Shown here: one piece after another, positions 40,073 through 56,470 of the stretch
Layout: each line of letters begins with the position of its first letter
How positions within the stretch are numbered: the stretch's first letter is position 1
From: Octopus sinensis
Taxonomy: Eukaryota
Assembly (NCBI RefSeq): GCF_006345805.1
Contig: NC_042997.1
Location: 120,094,001 to 120,158,000, forward strand
DNA length: 64,000 nucleotides
Direction: 5' to 3'
The notes under the pieces: model-generated
What the model saw: only the letters and a program-made list of their open reading frames with translations
Database searches by the model: none
Told to the model about the DNA's origin: nothing
Translations under genes and position numbers: made by a program

Positions 40073-41405
40073 TAGTCGTTGAATTTCCGCATCATTCTCA
40101 TCAAACCAGTCTCTGTGTCTGGCAGTAACATACCCCAGTGTTTCGGCTGCACATTGAACAACCTGGTCACGAAAATCTTCCCATCCTGCAGCAGTTTCAA
40201 TGCTGGACAAGCGAGTCTGAAGCTCTTTCCTAACCGCAACGTCATGTATCTTGTGGACATTTATACGGCGAGGAATGCTGACTGGTCCTCTTGTCTCTTT
40301 CGCCCTAATCACCATTCGGAACTTTGCTCGCACCAGACTGTGGCCTGTCCAGCATTCTGATCCATGCAAGGACTTGACATTACAAATGTCATAAATGTCG
40401 CGCTTGTGGATGATGACGTAATCCAGCAAGTGCCAAACGTTGGACCTTGGATGCATCCATGTTGATGTGTGATCACCTTTGTGCACAAAATGAGTAGTTG
40501 CAATGTAAAGTCCATGCTCTTCGCAAAGCTCCAGTAGCATGAGACCATTGCTATTCATTTTCCCTACTCCAAAACGTCCTAGAGAGTTCCATGTTTGCCA
40601 GTCTGTTCCTACTCTGGCATTAAAATCCCCCAGTAGAATGACTTTATCAGAATTGGGAATTTTTCTAAGTATGGCTCACAGCTGGGTATAAAAGATTATT
40701 TTATCTTCATCACAGCTAGTCAAAGTAGGTGCATAGGCACTTATTAGAGTAGCAAACCGCTTACCTTTCAAATGCAACCGTAGGGTCATTATACGTTCAT
40801 TTATAGGAACAGGAAGCTCTTCCAACTTCTTCAGGATATCAGATCGGACTGCAAAACCAACGCCAGCCTCTCTGCGCTCCTCCTTCTGCCTTCCGTTCCA
40901 AAAAAAGGTGTATCCGCCTCCTATTTCCTCAAGCTGACCATCACCTTCTATACGAGTCTCTGAGAGTGCAGCTTTTTCAATTTTATAACGGTTCAGCTCA
41001 CGAGCAACAAGTGCAGTGCGTCTTTCAGGCCTGCAATCACTGTTGTTGTCCAACAGAGTACGCACATTCCAAAATGAAATGTTTAAGTTCCGTCCAGATT
41101 TTATAGATAAAAGACCCTTTGTTTTTCGAGCGCAGGGTGGACATCCGTCAGTCACGCTAAACTGACCAGATATGGAAAGACATGCAATTTTTGGTTCACC
41201 TTTTCTAGAACCTCCCCGGTCTCCAGGTGAGCAGTGCCCTCTCTAAATGGAGCTGCTCAGACACCCATGCAGCAACCGAATCATACCGCTGTCTTGGTGA
41301 CAAGGAGACGACTTTATATCTAGCAAGGGCCGCCTACGTGCAGGTCGCTGACTACATGCTTCCAACCCGTCAGGTCTGCATGCTTCACCACCGCAGGACT
41401 TCCGA
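40069..41405 (-). mobile_element. RTE-clade LINE 5' half: 5' UTR plus AP endonuclease, RT missing
   Basis: SFWNVRTL..RTALVARELNRY..ALSETR..GVGFAV..LISAYAPT..LLGDFNARVG..WMHPRS..HLLDYVI; ORFs 40676..41155 and 39971..40558 are in frame and separated by one TGA. Confidence 0.92.
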
Positions 41406-41474
41406 ATAAAAAAAATATATATATACTAAAAATGAAGAAAATATATACTAGAAATAAGATAGATATATATATAT

Positions 41475-42043
41475 ATAGAAAAAGAAAAAGGTCGACAATG
41501 CCTGTGCAGAGTCCAATAATGGCTTGCACAACACCTCATAGACCCTCTCCACTCTATTGACATTATCCAGAGACAAGCCGGAGCAAGATGTCTGGTGCCA
41601 ATATGAGTCGCAGGCTCAGGGATGTGGGAGCGCCGTGATCTCTAGCACAAACCAAAGATCCCCAAAATATTCAATGCCATTCCCTGCATATCTGGTTTTA
41701 TATCAGAGTAACCTTCTCCTAGAGATGTGCATTAACAAAAGCTGAGGGGCGCCTCACTCCCAGTGGTCTTTCGGCACACCGGATACCACCCCGGAATTTC
41801 TGTGTACCCGTGCTAACATTTATTGGATGGCCGTTGACTCTCAAGAGGTCCTCCGCCCTTTGACGGGTTTTGTTTTTCATCTAATAAACACACTCCTCAC
41901 CAAGCAAGCTGGTGGGTTTGCCGGTTTAGTCGCCGACGACCCGACCATCCAACAGGCTGTACTGGGTTACATGTTACCAGTAGCACACGAAGGTGACCTG
42001 ACATAGGTCCTACGCCTCTTGACGGTTTTTTTTTTTCAACCCG

Positions 42044-42075
<32 letters not shown>

Positions 42076-42099
42076 ATATCATATACTATATATTCGTAC

Positions 42100-42136
<37 letters not shown>

Positions 42137-42205
42137 ATAATATATATATACATATATGCGTACATATATATGTATATATACATAATTATATATATATTTA
42201 TATAC

Positions 42206-42242
<37 letters not shown>

Positions 42243-43621
42243 CATGTATATGTACATACATATCTACATAAACATACATATATGTATATATCTTACATAT
42301 ATATAAATAGTTTAAAAATCATACATATACATGTGTGTATATAAGCATATCTATATATATATGTATAAATTTGTGCATATGTGAATATTAATATAATAAA
42401 ATTGCACACATATATTTGTATGATTAGAGAAAAGTGAAAATGTGTTTGTTTGTCTGTTCATAATGTTAATGATGTGTAAAATATCTTCATTTGTTATAAT
42501 TCTCTGTTCATATCCCGACATATTTTCAAGGGTCTGTTCAGTATTTTTTTCTTTTTGTTTTTTTTCTGTTCAAATTAAATTTACCATCTATAATAAGCTA
42601 ACACTTGCTTCTTGATGTATATCTCAGTATATCTCTTTGCAACATCTTATGTTATTAGATTAGCAGTTATACGATAAACACTTTCAGTAATACTTTTTGG
42701 AAATAGGGAGAGATCAGAAATAAATAATCCCTGTAATTAATTTTGCATCACACATCTGAGATGTATTCATCCACTGCTTAACATTGCTAGAGGAGTAATA
42801 TGAAACGCATAATGCACTCAAAATATACATATATTAATATATACATAAACACTATCACACACACACTTGTATATGTATGCGTGCGAGTATGCATATACAA
42901 GTAAAGAGAGAGAGAATTACAGAGACGGAGGCAGAGGCAGAGAGAGCAATATGTACGCATAATGTATCCATACGTACACAGCACACAGACACATACACAT
43001 ATATACATACAAACATACATACATACATACATACATACTTACATATATATATATATATATAGAAAAGAAAAAGGTCGACAATGCCTGTGCAGAGTCCAAT
43101 AATGGCTTGCACAACACCTCATAGACCCTCTCCACTCTATTGACATTATCCAGAGACAAGCCGGAGCAAGATGTCTGGTGCCAATATGAGTCGCAGGCTC
43201 AGGGATGTGGGAGCGCCGTGATCTCTAGCACAAACCAAAGATCCCCAAAATATTCAATGCCATTCCTGCATATCTGGTTTTATCAGAGTAACCTTCTCCT
43301 AGAGATGTGCATTAACAAAAGCTGAGGGGCGCCTCACTCCCAGTGGTCTTTCGGCACACCGGATACCACCCCGAATTTCTGTGTACCCGTGCTAACATTT
43401 ATTGGATGGCCGTTGACTCTCAAGAGGTCCTCCGCCCTTTGACGGGTTTTGTTTTTCATCTAATAAACACACTCCTCACCAAGCAAGCTGGTGGGTTTGC
43501 CGGTTTAGTCGCCGACGACCCGACCATCCAACAGGCTGTACTGGTTACATGTTACCAGTAGCACACGAAGGTGACCTGACATAGGTCCTACGCCTCTTGA
43601 CGGTTTTTTTTTTTCAACCCG

Positions 43622-43652
<31 letters not shown>

Positions 43653-43685
43653 TATATATATATCATATACTATATATTCGTACAC

Positions 43686-43743
<58 letters not shown>

Positions 43744-44657
43744 TACATATATGCGTACATATATATGTATATATACATAATTATATATATATTTATATAC
43801 GTGCATATATATATATATATATATATTATATACACATACATGTATATGTACATACATATCTACATAAACATACATATATGTATATATTCTTACATATATA
43901 TAAATAGTTTAAAAATCATACATATACATGTGTGTATATAAGCATATCTATATATATATGTATAAATTTGTGCATATGTGAATATTAATATAATAAAATT
44001 GCACACATATATTTGTATGATTAGAGAAAAGTGAAAATGTGTTTGTTTGTCTGTTCATAATGTTAATGATGTGTAAAATATCTTCATTTGTTTATAATTC
44101 TCTGTTCATATCCCGACATATTTTCAAGGGTGTGTTCAGTATTATTTTCTTTTTGTTTTTTTTCTGTTCAAATTAAATTTACCATCTATAATAAGCTAAC
44201 ACTTGCTTCTTGATGTATATCTCAGTATATCTCTTTGCAACATCTTATGTTATTAGATTAGCAGTTATACGATAAACACTTTCAGTAATACTTTTTGGAA
44301 TAGGGAGAGATCAGAAATAAATAATCCCTGTAATTATTTTGCATCACACATCTGAGATGTATTCATCCACTGCTTAACATTGCTAGAGGAGTAATATGAA
44401 ACGCATAATGCACTCAAAATATACATATATTAATATATACATAAACACTATCACACACACACTTGTATATGTATGCGTGCGTGTATGCATATACAAGTAA
44501 AGAGAGAGAGAATTACAGAGACGGAGGCAGAGGCAGAGAGAGCAATATGTACGCATAATGTATCCATACGTACACAGCACACAGACACACACACATATAT
44601 ACATACAAACATACATACATACATACATACATACTTACATATATATATATATATATA
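41475..44657. repeat. Tandem duplication, unit about 1583 bp, two near-identical copies
   Basis: GTCGACAATGCC at 41491 and 43074; differences mostly small indels in homopolymers and microsatellites. Confidence 0.92.
42450..42690 (+). pseudogene. Cadherin relic exons (SVHNVNDV*NIF; LLDV...SYVIRLAV), duplicated at about 44047-44285
   Basis: VxNVND linker; LD...SYxIxxxV core. Confidence 0.6.
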
Positions 44658-45069
44658 CATAAGACCTTTTACTCGTTATCCTACATAAGTTAATTAGCAT
44701 ATAGTAAATGAACAAATGAGCGGCAAACAGACACGGAATGGCAAGACGGAAATCATATATTAAATACACATGCGAACGGAAAACGGACACAGAAGACCCC
44801 CAACGCCCCATCAATTACCGGCGAGAGGGTCAAACGCAATTTCGTGGCTCTAATGCTAATATTGATTCCCTTCTAGTGTCAGCTGGCGAAAGCTGCCGGT
44901 AGAATTCAACCGAAATATCACAGACCGCGAACAGACAAATTTGAAATGAATAAATATGCAATACAGAAGTGATGATACGCAGTAACTTATATACATATAC
45001 ATAGCTGATATAATATGCAAGTGCAACTATGACAAAGCGGTGAATATGTATTTATATGAAATATTTTAC

Positions 45070-47000
45070 AACACGGAAAATTTCAATTTAATTATGAAGA
45101 AGTGAAGAATTTAGAATCAAGAACGCTGTTCTGTAGCAATAAATAATAGAAATAGATCGAATATTCTTGATTTTGAACGCCGACCCTTCTAGAATATATA
45201 TTAAGAATGCGTCTACATTTCAATTAAGGACCAGTGAGTATTAAAATTCCCCAGCAAAACATCTCAAGATTGATCGTAGTAAACATTATCAATAACAAAG
45301 TTGGACAATTTCCAACTACTTTGAAATCTTGTGATTCAGTGCTCTTGTTGTACATAACCATGGTGTAGTCTGTTGGTGACTTCAAGTGATGTATTGGAGT
45401 ATGATAGGAATGTTTAGACAAGTTTGTGCATAATTAAATTCAATTTGATGAACTCCTGAGAAAGTATATAAGAATTCTGAAAGAAATTCTTGTCATTAAC
45501 CATTATGGAGTGGTTGAATTTTCTGCATGCTATGTTATTAAAGCTGAATTCATTCCGGAGAATTGCAATAAACAACACTGATATGAGTGGCCAAACTGAG
45601 TATTTCAGTGAAATATTGAATTCGTGCATTGACACAAAGATGGCTACACAATTCAAATAATGATATAAAGTTTACAACATAGGCTATCCGTTTAATACTA
45701 TGGATACAACACACAGTCGAACGTAAATTGGTATCGATATGAACAATAGTTTTGCAAAAGAAATAGGTGCCCCTGTATACTTTCTCAAATGTGTGGACCA
45801 TTTATGATGTAGAAAGCTAAATCAGGAAACTCCACCATAAGATCTATACATTGTGTATTTAAGATGAAACAATGAAAGTCAAAGATAATCATTGAGAGTT
45901 TAAAAACTAGAGATGATCAAAACAAATATAGCAATATGCTCTATCCAATGATCTACGAATAGTGGCAATTCACTTAAGGCTATAAATGCCATTTGATTTT
46001 ATAATGTAAGTGTACGTAACACAATACTGCCAAACTTGGTCCAGTAAAGTACGGATTATAGTTATTGTCCATTTGATCACAAAGACTAATTTATTTGAGA
46101 ATACTAATAATGAAATATACTATGTATAGCCACATGGATTGAAAATATTACTTGCAAATATATAAAACGTATGCATTATTTCACACGAAAACATTTGTAT
46201 GTTGTTTGGTGGCTTTAGCCGCGATCTAACACTGATATAATCAATCACAATGGAACATGATTCATCCGTTATCATTCCGTCTATTGTCTTTGGTCACACT
46301 GCATATATCCATTCCAATGTTTCATTCCTTCCGTTAGAACTTTAGCTAGTCTTAACTATAATTTTTAATAGTACAAGTAGAATGCTCTTTACTTCAAAAG
46401 TTTTCATTTCATACATTGATTTGGCAGTATACACACGTAATATTTGGTTTCATAGAAGCCGGTATTTTTTATCGTAATAAATATCCTCAACATTTTTCAA
46501 AGAATTCAATATTATAATAGTGTAGATATTGACCATTTCTACATATCAAAGCATCCTAAAACGCTTGAGTCCAGAATGTCTTCTAAAACTGATTAACCTG
46601 AATAAAGATTCAATATAGTATCGAAAAATTTATCAAGCGGCGAACTAAATGCAATTTGTCTGGCAGTGATATGATGTTGCTATCCTCTTAAGGGAAACAA
46701 TGAGACATAAAGTCTGCCAGCCTCACAAGACTAAAAACTTGTTTAAATAAAAAAAAGTCAGTTACTGTAGTGCATGACGGTAGCATTATAAAATTGAACC
46801 ATAAATAAACCATTAGATCAGTTGATACTTGATTATGAGCAATCTTAAATATATAAATACAAAGAGTAATTGCAAGGCAACGTTGTACTCATCATCCTAC
46901 AAATGCTGACGTTGAAAACATTACGATAATTTATACGATACGCATTACCTACTTACAGTGAGATCTACACGGTTAATGAGAATAAGATATTTTTGCTCCT
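45070..47000 (+). pseudogene. Dense cluster of cadherin relic exons
   Basis: FNYEEVKN...FCSN; NILDFERRPF; YISIKD|GTGAGT (45233); NYFEI; VINHYGVV; IGAPVYFLKCVD; PFDF then a GTAAGT donor after 46005; ENTNNEIYYV; KNLSSGE; GNVVL / ADVENITIIYTIRI; IYTVNE. Confidence 0.7.
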
Positions 47001-47186
47001 GTGCAAGTATTAGAGATAATTTGTTTCGTTTGTTATAGACCATTGACAACATAGATGGTACTTCAGAAGTAAATCATTTCCTCAAATCTAGAGATAATTA
47101 ATTGGTCACTAATAGAAACATTTTAAGAAGTGTGGCCAAGTTGTCAATATTCAGGTTTAAGTGGCTGTACCACTAGATGTTCATTC

Positions 47187-47250
<64 letters not shown>

Positions 47251-47312
47251 GTACATGCATCTATGGATGTATATATATATATACATATATATATAAACTT
47301 ATATATATATAC

Positions 47313-47351
<39 letters not shown>

Positions 47352-47465
47352 TGTATGTACAAAACATATGAATGTATGTACAAAACATATATGTAGAAGG
47401 AAATTGGTAGCATTTCGGCTCGTATATCATCCATATATATTATTATTTTTCATTAATAACAATAG

Positions 47466-47509
<44 letters not shown>

Positions 47510-47511
47510 TT

Positions 47512-47632
<121 letters not shown>

Positions 47633-47878
47633 ATATTATATATATATATAGCAGTAATTTAGGCAGTTTGCAATATAAAATGAGCAAAATATTTCCATGA
47701 AAAATTTTTCATCTGCGATAAGCTCCCCTTAAGCCTAGCTTACAATTTACCCATTTACAATATAACATTTTTATTTTACTGCACATTTGTCCATTAAGTA
47801 TAGTTTGCTTGGACATTATGGCTTTATTGTCACTTCTATGAAATATTAAATAACGTTTCCAAATGTAATATGTTTTAC

Positions 47879-47911
47879 CTGAATTGATTTTTATTTCCAT
47901 CTGGAACTTAC
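47879..47911 (-). other. Candidate 33-nt microexon or recursive splice site on the minus strand
   Basis: Long T-rich tract TTTTATTTTGCAG immediately followed by GTAAGT; alternative donor CAG|GTAAAA 33 nt later; open frame GKFQMEIKINS. Confidence 0.3.
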
Positions 47912-48080
47912 CTGCAAAATAAAAAAAAATAAAAAAAAATAAAAAAAATTAAGATATTAAAATTCTGAAAAGCACTTTATTATATTCCAATGCTTTAGAA
48001 ATAATAATTATAATAAATATTACTGGTAATCATATTGATATATACATATACATCCATACATTTATTCATAAATACATACA

Positions 48081-48112
<32 letters not shown>

Positions 48113-48116
48113 AATG

Positions 48117-48174
<58 letters not shown>

Positions 48175-48274
48175 TATATATATATTGTTGAATTTTGAGA
48201 TGATAATCTTTTGGGGAAAAATAAACAAGCGAACTATATATTCATTCTCCACTCGTTTACTACAGTTCTTATGC

Positions 48275-50900
<2,626 letters not shown>

Positions 50901-51149
50901 AGAAAAATAATAATGATGATGATGGTGATGATGATCACATTTCCCAATGAATCATATATATGGTTTACTTATAAAACAGAATACAATCAGGATTGCATCG
51001 TATTGCCAAGAAGACCACGCATGGTGTTTGCTTCTGATGCATTACCATTTATTCTGTAATAGATATTAAAGCAGAAAATATAATATTTTAAAACCAATTT
51101 ATTGGATGAATATCAATATAAGCACATTGGTTTTAATTTGTGTGTTGTT

Positions 51150-51310
51150 TAAAAATAGCGACAGAATCTGCCGACGTATCGTTTATAATTTCTTAACCCA
51201 CCAACCGTTTCAGAGGTGATCGAGGCTTTTTCTGTCTGAAATCAATAACCACTAAGAATTTGGTTATAAAGCCGTCACGACTTTCAACGTCTTTCTAACG
51301 ACACCTATGA
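51150..51310 (+). pseudogene. Cadherin relic (IATESADVSFII...SITTKNL-YKAVTTFNVFLT)
   Basis: AATTTGG-TTATAAA is one base short of AATTTGGATTATAAA (NLDYK). Confidence 0.7.
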
Positions 51311-51315
51311 CAGAA

Positions 51316-51359
<44 letters not shown>

Positions 51360-51362
51360 ATA

Positions 51363-51793
51363 CAGAAAGCGTGAACAAGTTCAAAATAATAGTACCCTTC
51401 AATATCATCAAATACTTCAATATATAATAGTGTACATTTAAACACAGGAGAATCTACCTATAACAGATAATTTTCCATGCTAGAAGAAGCAGACCAAACG
51501 ATCAAAACCACATTTAAGAGCAATTTTCGAAGGGATTGAAAGATAAAAACTTTTACCTTATTATTTTGTTATTTTTTACGAATGTAAAAAATAACAAAGG
51601 TAAGTTTTTATTTTTCATTCCCTTCGAAAATTGCTCTTAAATATGGTTTGGGCCGTTTTCGCTGCTTCTTTTAGCATGTAAAATTACCTGTTATAGGTAG
51701 TTTCTCTTGTGTTTAAATGTACACTATTTTATATTGAAGTATTTTATGTAATATAAGGGTACTATTACTTTGAACTTATTCACGGCTTCTCTG
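51363..51793. mobile_element. Fully palindromic Tc1/mariner-type MITE (TA-CAG...CTG-TA)
   Basis: Left about 210 bp is the imperfect reverse complement of the right about 210 bp around a 4-nt centre (ttgttattttttac-gaat-gtaaaaaataacaa). Confidence 0.85.
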
Positions 51794-52019
51794 TATATTT
51801 GAATGGTTTTATTAAATTACTCTTATTTTCATATAAAACATCTGCATCACGGAAGCAATATCTATGTCTACACGATGTTTAGGAGACGAAGCTCTTTCAA
51901 TATTCCCTGTAATTATAGCATCTTATAATGTATATTTATAATGCACGCATGTCTACGAGCACCCACAGACATACGCATGTGCATCTGTATTCCACATTTT
52001 CGCATCTCTCTCATGCGCT

Positions 52020-52075
<56 letters not shown>

Positions 52076-52459
52076 CTGTGTGTGTGTCTGTGTATGTTTA
52101 TACACAGGCATACATATAAATATATATGTATGTGTGTATGTATATATATATATAGAGAGAGAGAGAAAAAACAGGGGGAGACTAAGAAGGATAAAGAGAG
52201 GCAGGCAGGAAGACAGAAATATTTAGAACTTAGGTGGCACATTGAATATCTAAAATTCAAAATTTTATTCATTGTGTAGCTCACATGTGAACTAGAATCA
52301 ATAGGTAGATCTTAGAATTTTTCCTATTGTTAAGCTGCTGTAGTTATTGAAATATTTTCAATATAAAATCGATTAAGTTATGTTATTTAAGTATATATGG
52401 TTCTTCATATTTCCGGATCATGTTATAACATATATTCAATGTAATATTGTATCAATAAG

Positions 52460-53382
52460 ATTATTAAAAATATCCTACTGCATATTACGTTATTAGCCCT
52501 CAATAAAAGACGAAGTGTTTGCAAAGTGTTTACCAAGTGCAGTATATCGTGCCAAATAATATAATCAAGTGGTCTGTCATATGATGTCATAGAAATCATT
52601 TTAAATACAGATTTTAATTTTAGATGACATTCGTGAAACGAAAAAGGATGGTTGGTTTCTTATAAGTCATAAATTTTAAAGTGAATAACTGATCAATTTC
52701 AAGTCTTCAATATATTTCTTATATACTGCTATATGCTACATGTAATTAAGACTATGTGTGTGAGACGGTGTGTGTACCTATGCCTGAAAGCAATAAAAAA
52801 ATACGTAAATATCAGAGTATATTGTGTTATATACTAAATTGAACTTGTAAGTAGAGTGCATAATTTCTGAAGTATTTAGATGACATTTATCATCCGCTGT
52901 TATAGAAATATATTCTTGGCTGTTGTTATTTTCTGGGCCTTAATGAAGACAGACCACATATTTTCCCCACACCTTACAATTATCTATTTCCATATCAAAG
53001 TTTCGTACCTCATATTCTGTATTGGTGTCACTGACAGAATGGAAGAATTAGTGACATATCTTATATAGCGTCAGCATCTAAAGGGTAATTGGAGACAATA
53101 ATTTCTTCTTTGGGTCTAAAGCAGCCGTTGCCAAATGGAATGTGCCCTACTCACGTCCCGGACTCTTATGGCGGCATGTAGCAATATCTAAAATGGAGTA
53201 CCGTCCAAAATCCAATTACCTAGAGAAAAGCACTGAAATTTTAGGACAACATTCGACGAAAGAAACCATAGTGTTTACTAGTAGATTGTCATCAACTATA
53301 AAGTGCGTTTCAATGAAAGTGCTCTTTGCTGGTGCACCGTATGCAATGTATACATGTGGTGCAACAAAGCATGCGATCATGC

Positions 53383-53437
<55 letters not shown>

Positions 53438-54430
53438 GTAAAGAGAGGGTTTTACCTTCTCCATTGGAGTACAATTAAAGAATTGAGCGCTGCAAATTTA
53501 ATATTTCATACAAATGTATCTGGTTGCAGACATATTTTAATGCACATAAACCGCTTGAACGTCAAAATAATTAGTAAAAGCCTACAGAATAATTCTTACA
53601 ATACCATTGTATTTATCATCAAAAGGAAGTTCAAACACTCTACTCGAAACTTTCGAAAGAAATAACATTTTGTTTTTTTCCAGTATATACCTTTTATCAA
53701 AGCGAGTAGCGTGCCCCTTTTCAGCCCCGTCCTACAATTAGATAATTGCCTTGTTTTTGAATACCGTAATCTAACATTATTCATAGATTTATGTATTATA
53801 CTCCTTACCATTTCTATGTTAAAATATAAGCTGTCATACATCTGGATAGTTAAATCCGAATAACTGTATATCCTCGGCAACTGAAATAGTTGACAATAAA
53901 TTATATGAATTCATTATATTGCTAACACTACCGTATTGCCACTAGGTTACACATGTCATCATATCATAAATACCAGCCATCTATAGTTGTAGGTGATGTT
54001 TCATGAGAAATATATCATGCTTTAATATTGGATGCGATTGTGCCACATACATCAGTTTCTGTCTCATGGTTCCGTAATCAACGAAGCTATTTCTGAAGAT
54101 ACCGTGCAAAATACTTTGATCACACTTTGTTCAGCTCTTAGTAATAGACTCTGTTTGCCTCTTAACACTCAAATATACAAATATAAACAATTGACAAACC
54201 AGTTTACAGGCACTGCTATGTCCGCCCTTTCAGCGTCCACAGTGCAGCATGTTCTCGCGTTTTTAAGGTCATGTCACATTTTCCTCATTATCCGTTGGAT
54301 AAATCTCCACCGAACCTTCGTTTGCTTCAGCCTCCGTTTCCATCTTATAAGGCGTCCCAAAATTCACCTCTCCGGAGCAAATTTAATAGGGTTGCCCCTT
54401 CAATCAGCAAAGATCTCACTTGACATTTGA
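52460..54430 (+). pseudogene. Cadherin relic stretch, several consecutive repeats
   Basis: LHITLLALNK; FLGLNEDRPHIFPTPYNY / IGVTDRMEELVTYLI; GDNNFFF; TLMAACSN; FNESAL; AISEDTVQNTLITLCSA...PLNTQIYKY (ORF 54032..54430). Confidence 0.7.
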
Positions 54431-55259
54431 AGATCTGTCTTACGCTAATACCTCAGACGTGCAGATATTATGTTATATTATTACACAGGAATTTTGTTTA
54501 GTTGACACCATGATTTCTATGCAGATATAGTATATATGTTTCACTCTCTCCACCCTATTTTAAATATCATCATGGAGATACATGTAAATAAACTACCACC
54601 CGCACCATCACTACCACCACCAAAACCATAACCACCACGCTTTTTCATCACTTTTAATATGTTTAACTATCACAATTCTACTACCACATTTACAGGTCCC
54701 GAAAATGAGTTTTACTTACTAGAAGTTATAAATAAAATTTAATTTCAATTACGACCTGATTGAAAATTTCTTCCTTACGAATTTTATAACCTATGAAATG
54801 AAATTTATTAAAGGATTTTCGTAGAAATTTACAAGCAAGATATTACCATAAATGAAACTATAAACTTTTAATACATTGAAATCATATGAGTAATTTGAAT
54901 ATATTGACACATTTGATATCGATTATTTGTAATTATAATTTACAGACTTCAACCACATTCAAATGGTTATAAACATAACGCTACTTTCTAAAATAATTAG
55001 TTCATTAGTGCTGTCAACACATAAAAAAAAGACAAATGCTTAATTTATATTAAATGATACCATTTTAAGGAAAAGCCGACATTAGGTGGAATCCGGTTAA
55101 TTTGAATTTTTAACTAGCACACGTTTATCTAGAATGATAATGAAATATTGTTCTTGCAAGTTTGGGACAATTAACCGAATTGTATAATTTTAACGAATGT
55201 AATTTATCGAATTCAGCTGTCAAAACCTTATCTCTTTCCTATCTTTCATATTATTGTAG

Positions 55260-56470
55260 CATTCTTCCCTGTGCTGAAGGATTGTATATGTAATTATTTA
55301 AAGGATAATCCAGAAATGTCATTCGCATGCTAAGCAATAGACAAGTTACCATTAAAATTCTAACAAGTTGTGGAGAAGTATAAATGAAACCTATCAAATA
55401 TTTGGCGTAATTTTTAGTTCTTTATTCAGTAAGTAGCTCCATTTTCTTGCACTATAAGGTGTTCTAACGAAATTATACGTACATGTTTTGCATGCCATTA
55501 TTATTTTAAAAACACTGAAATACAAATCTCTGCGATCATACCATGGCACAATCGTTGCTGCTGAATAATTAATATGTGGAGTTCACAATCAAAAGATCTT
55601 GGGTATAATTTGAAGATTATAGTATTGCCGGCGTTATTATAAATTTTTTTCTGGGCGTATCTCCAAGTTACATAGATGAATATAAGTAACAACAAAATGT
55701 TGGTACTGCTATTTTTTCTTCCAGCTATAATATCCTTAATGTTATACAAGATAAAATGAGGGAGGATAAGACTATGTCAGGTTGCAATAGCTGAGTCCTG
55801 TGTAACAAATAATGAAATCACTGTACATCTTATTCATTTGTGATTAACAACTCTAACTAATGCTATGAAATTAAAAATGATAACTAACTTGGTACATGTA
55901 CATCTTAAGTGCCTTGATCATCTACTTACAGGCAACAGATAATAAGAGCTTACAATATTAGAACAGGAAACATCCGAAATTTTGTAACTGTGGAGACCAT
56001 ATACCACCGGGAACATCGTTTGTTAGCGGTACCTATTCAATACTTTCCTTTCTACAATTCAGTGTTTCATTTTTTTTCTAAAATAATAAAATATTTATGG
56101 TTGATCCTATGACTGATTCTGTATGTAAATCTCATATTACATTTTATGTTGCACATTTTGTGTAGGAAATATTTCTTGAATCCACATTAGAAGTATTTCA
56201 TAGATATAAAATCATAGTGAATATTTGACATTTTATCAATAACCATTAGGAATTTTTTCAATTATTGAACGCCAAACCCAAATATACAACAAACTAATAG
56301 ACGGTATTTCTCAGTAATTCTCCCGAGATGCTCTTTATTTGCTAGGATCGGTTCAACCATATATAATTTGCTCATTATTTTACATTCATCGGAAAATGTA
56401 AAATAGCCACTGGAACTAATAATAAACGTTTTTAACGGGAAAAATACCATGAAAGTGTATACCAATACTT
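55260..56470 (+). pseudogene. Cadherin relic exons
   Basis: RQVTIKIL; FKNTEIQISAIIP / GTIVAAE; SGRIS; ATDNKSLQY / YNIRTGNIRNFVTVET; LSITIRN...YFSVILP...IGSTIYNL...IINVFNGK in one frame with two stops. Confidence 0.7.

Noticed and set aside
54724-54759. Minus-strand 36-nt exon candidate with GTAAGT donor
   Set aside because: All three frames are closed and the acceptor is weak.
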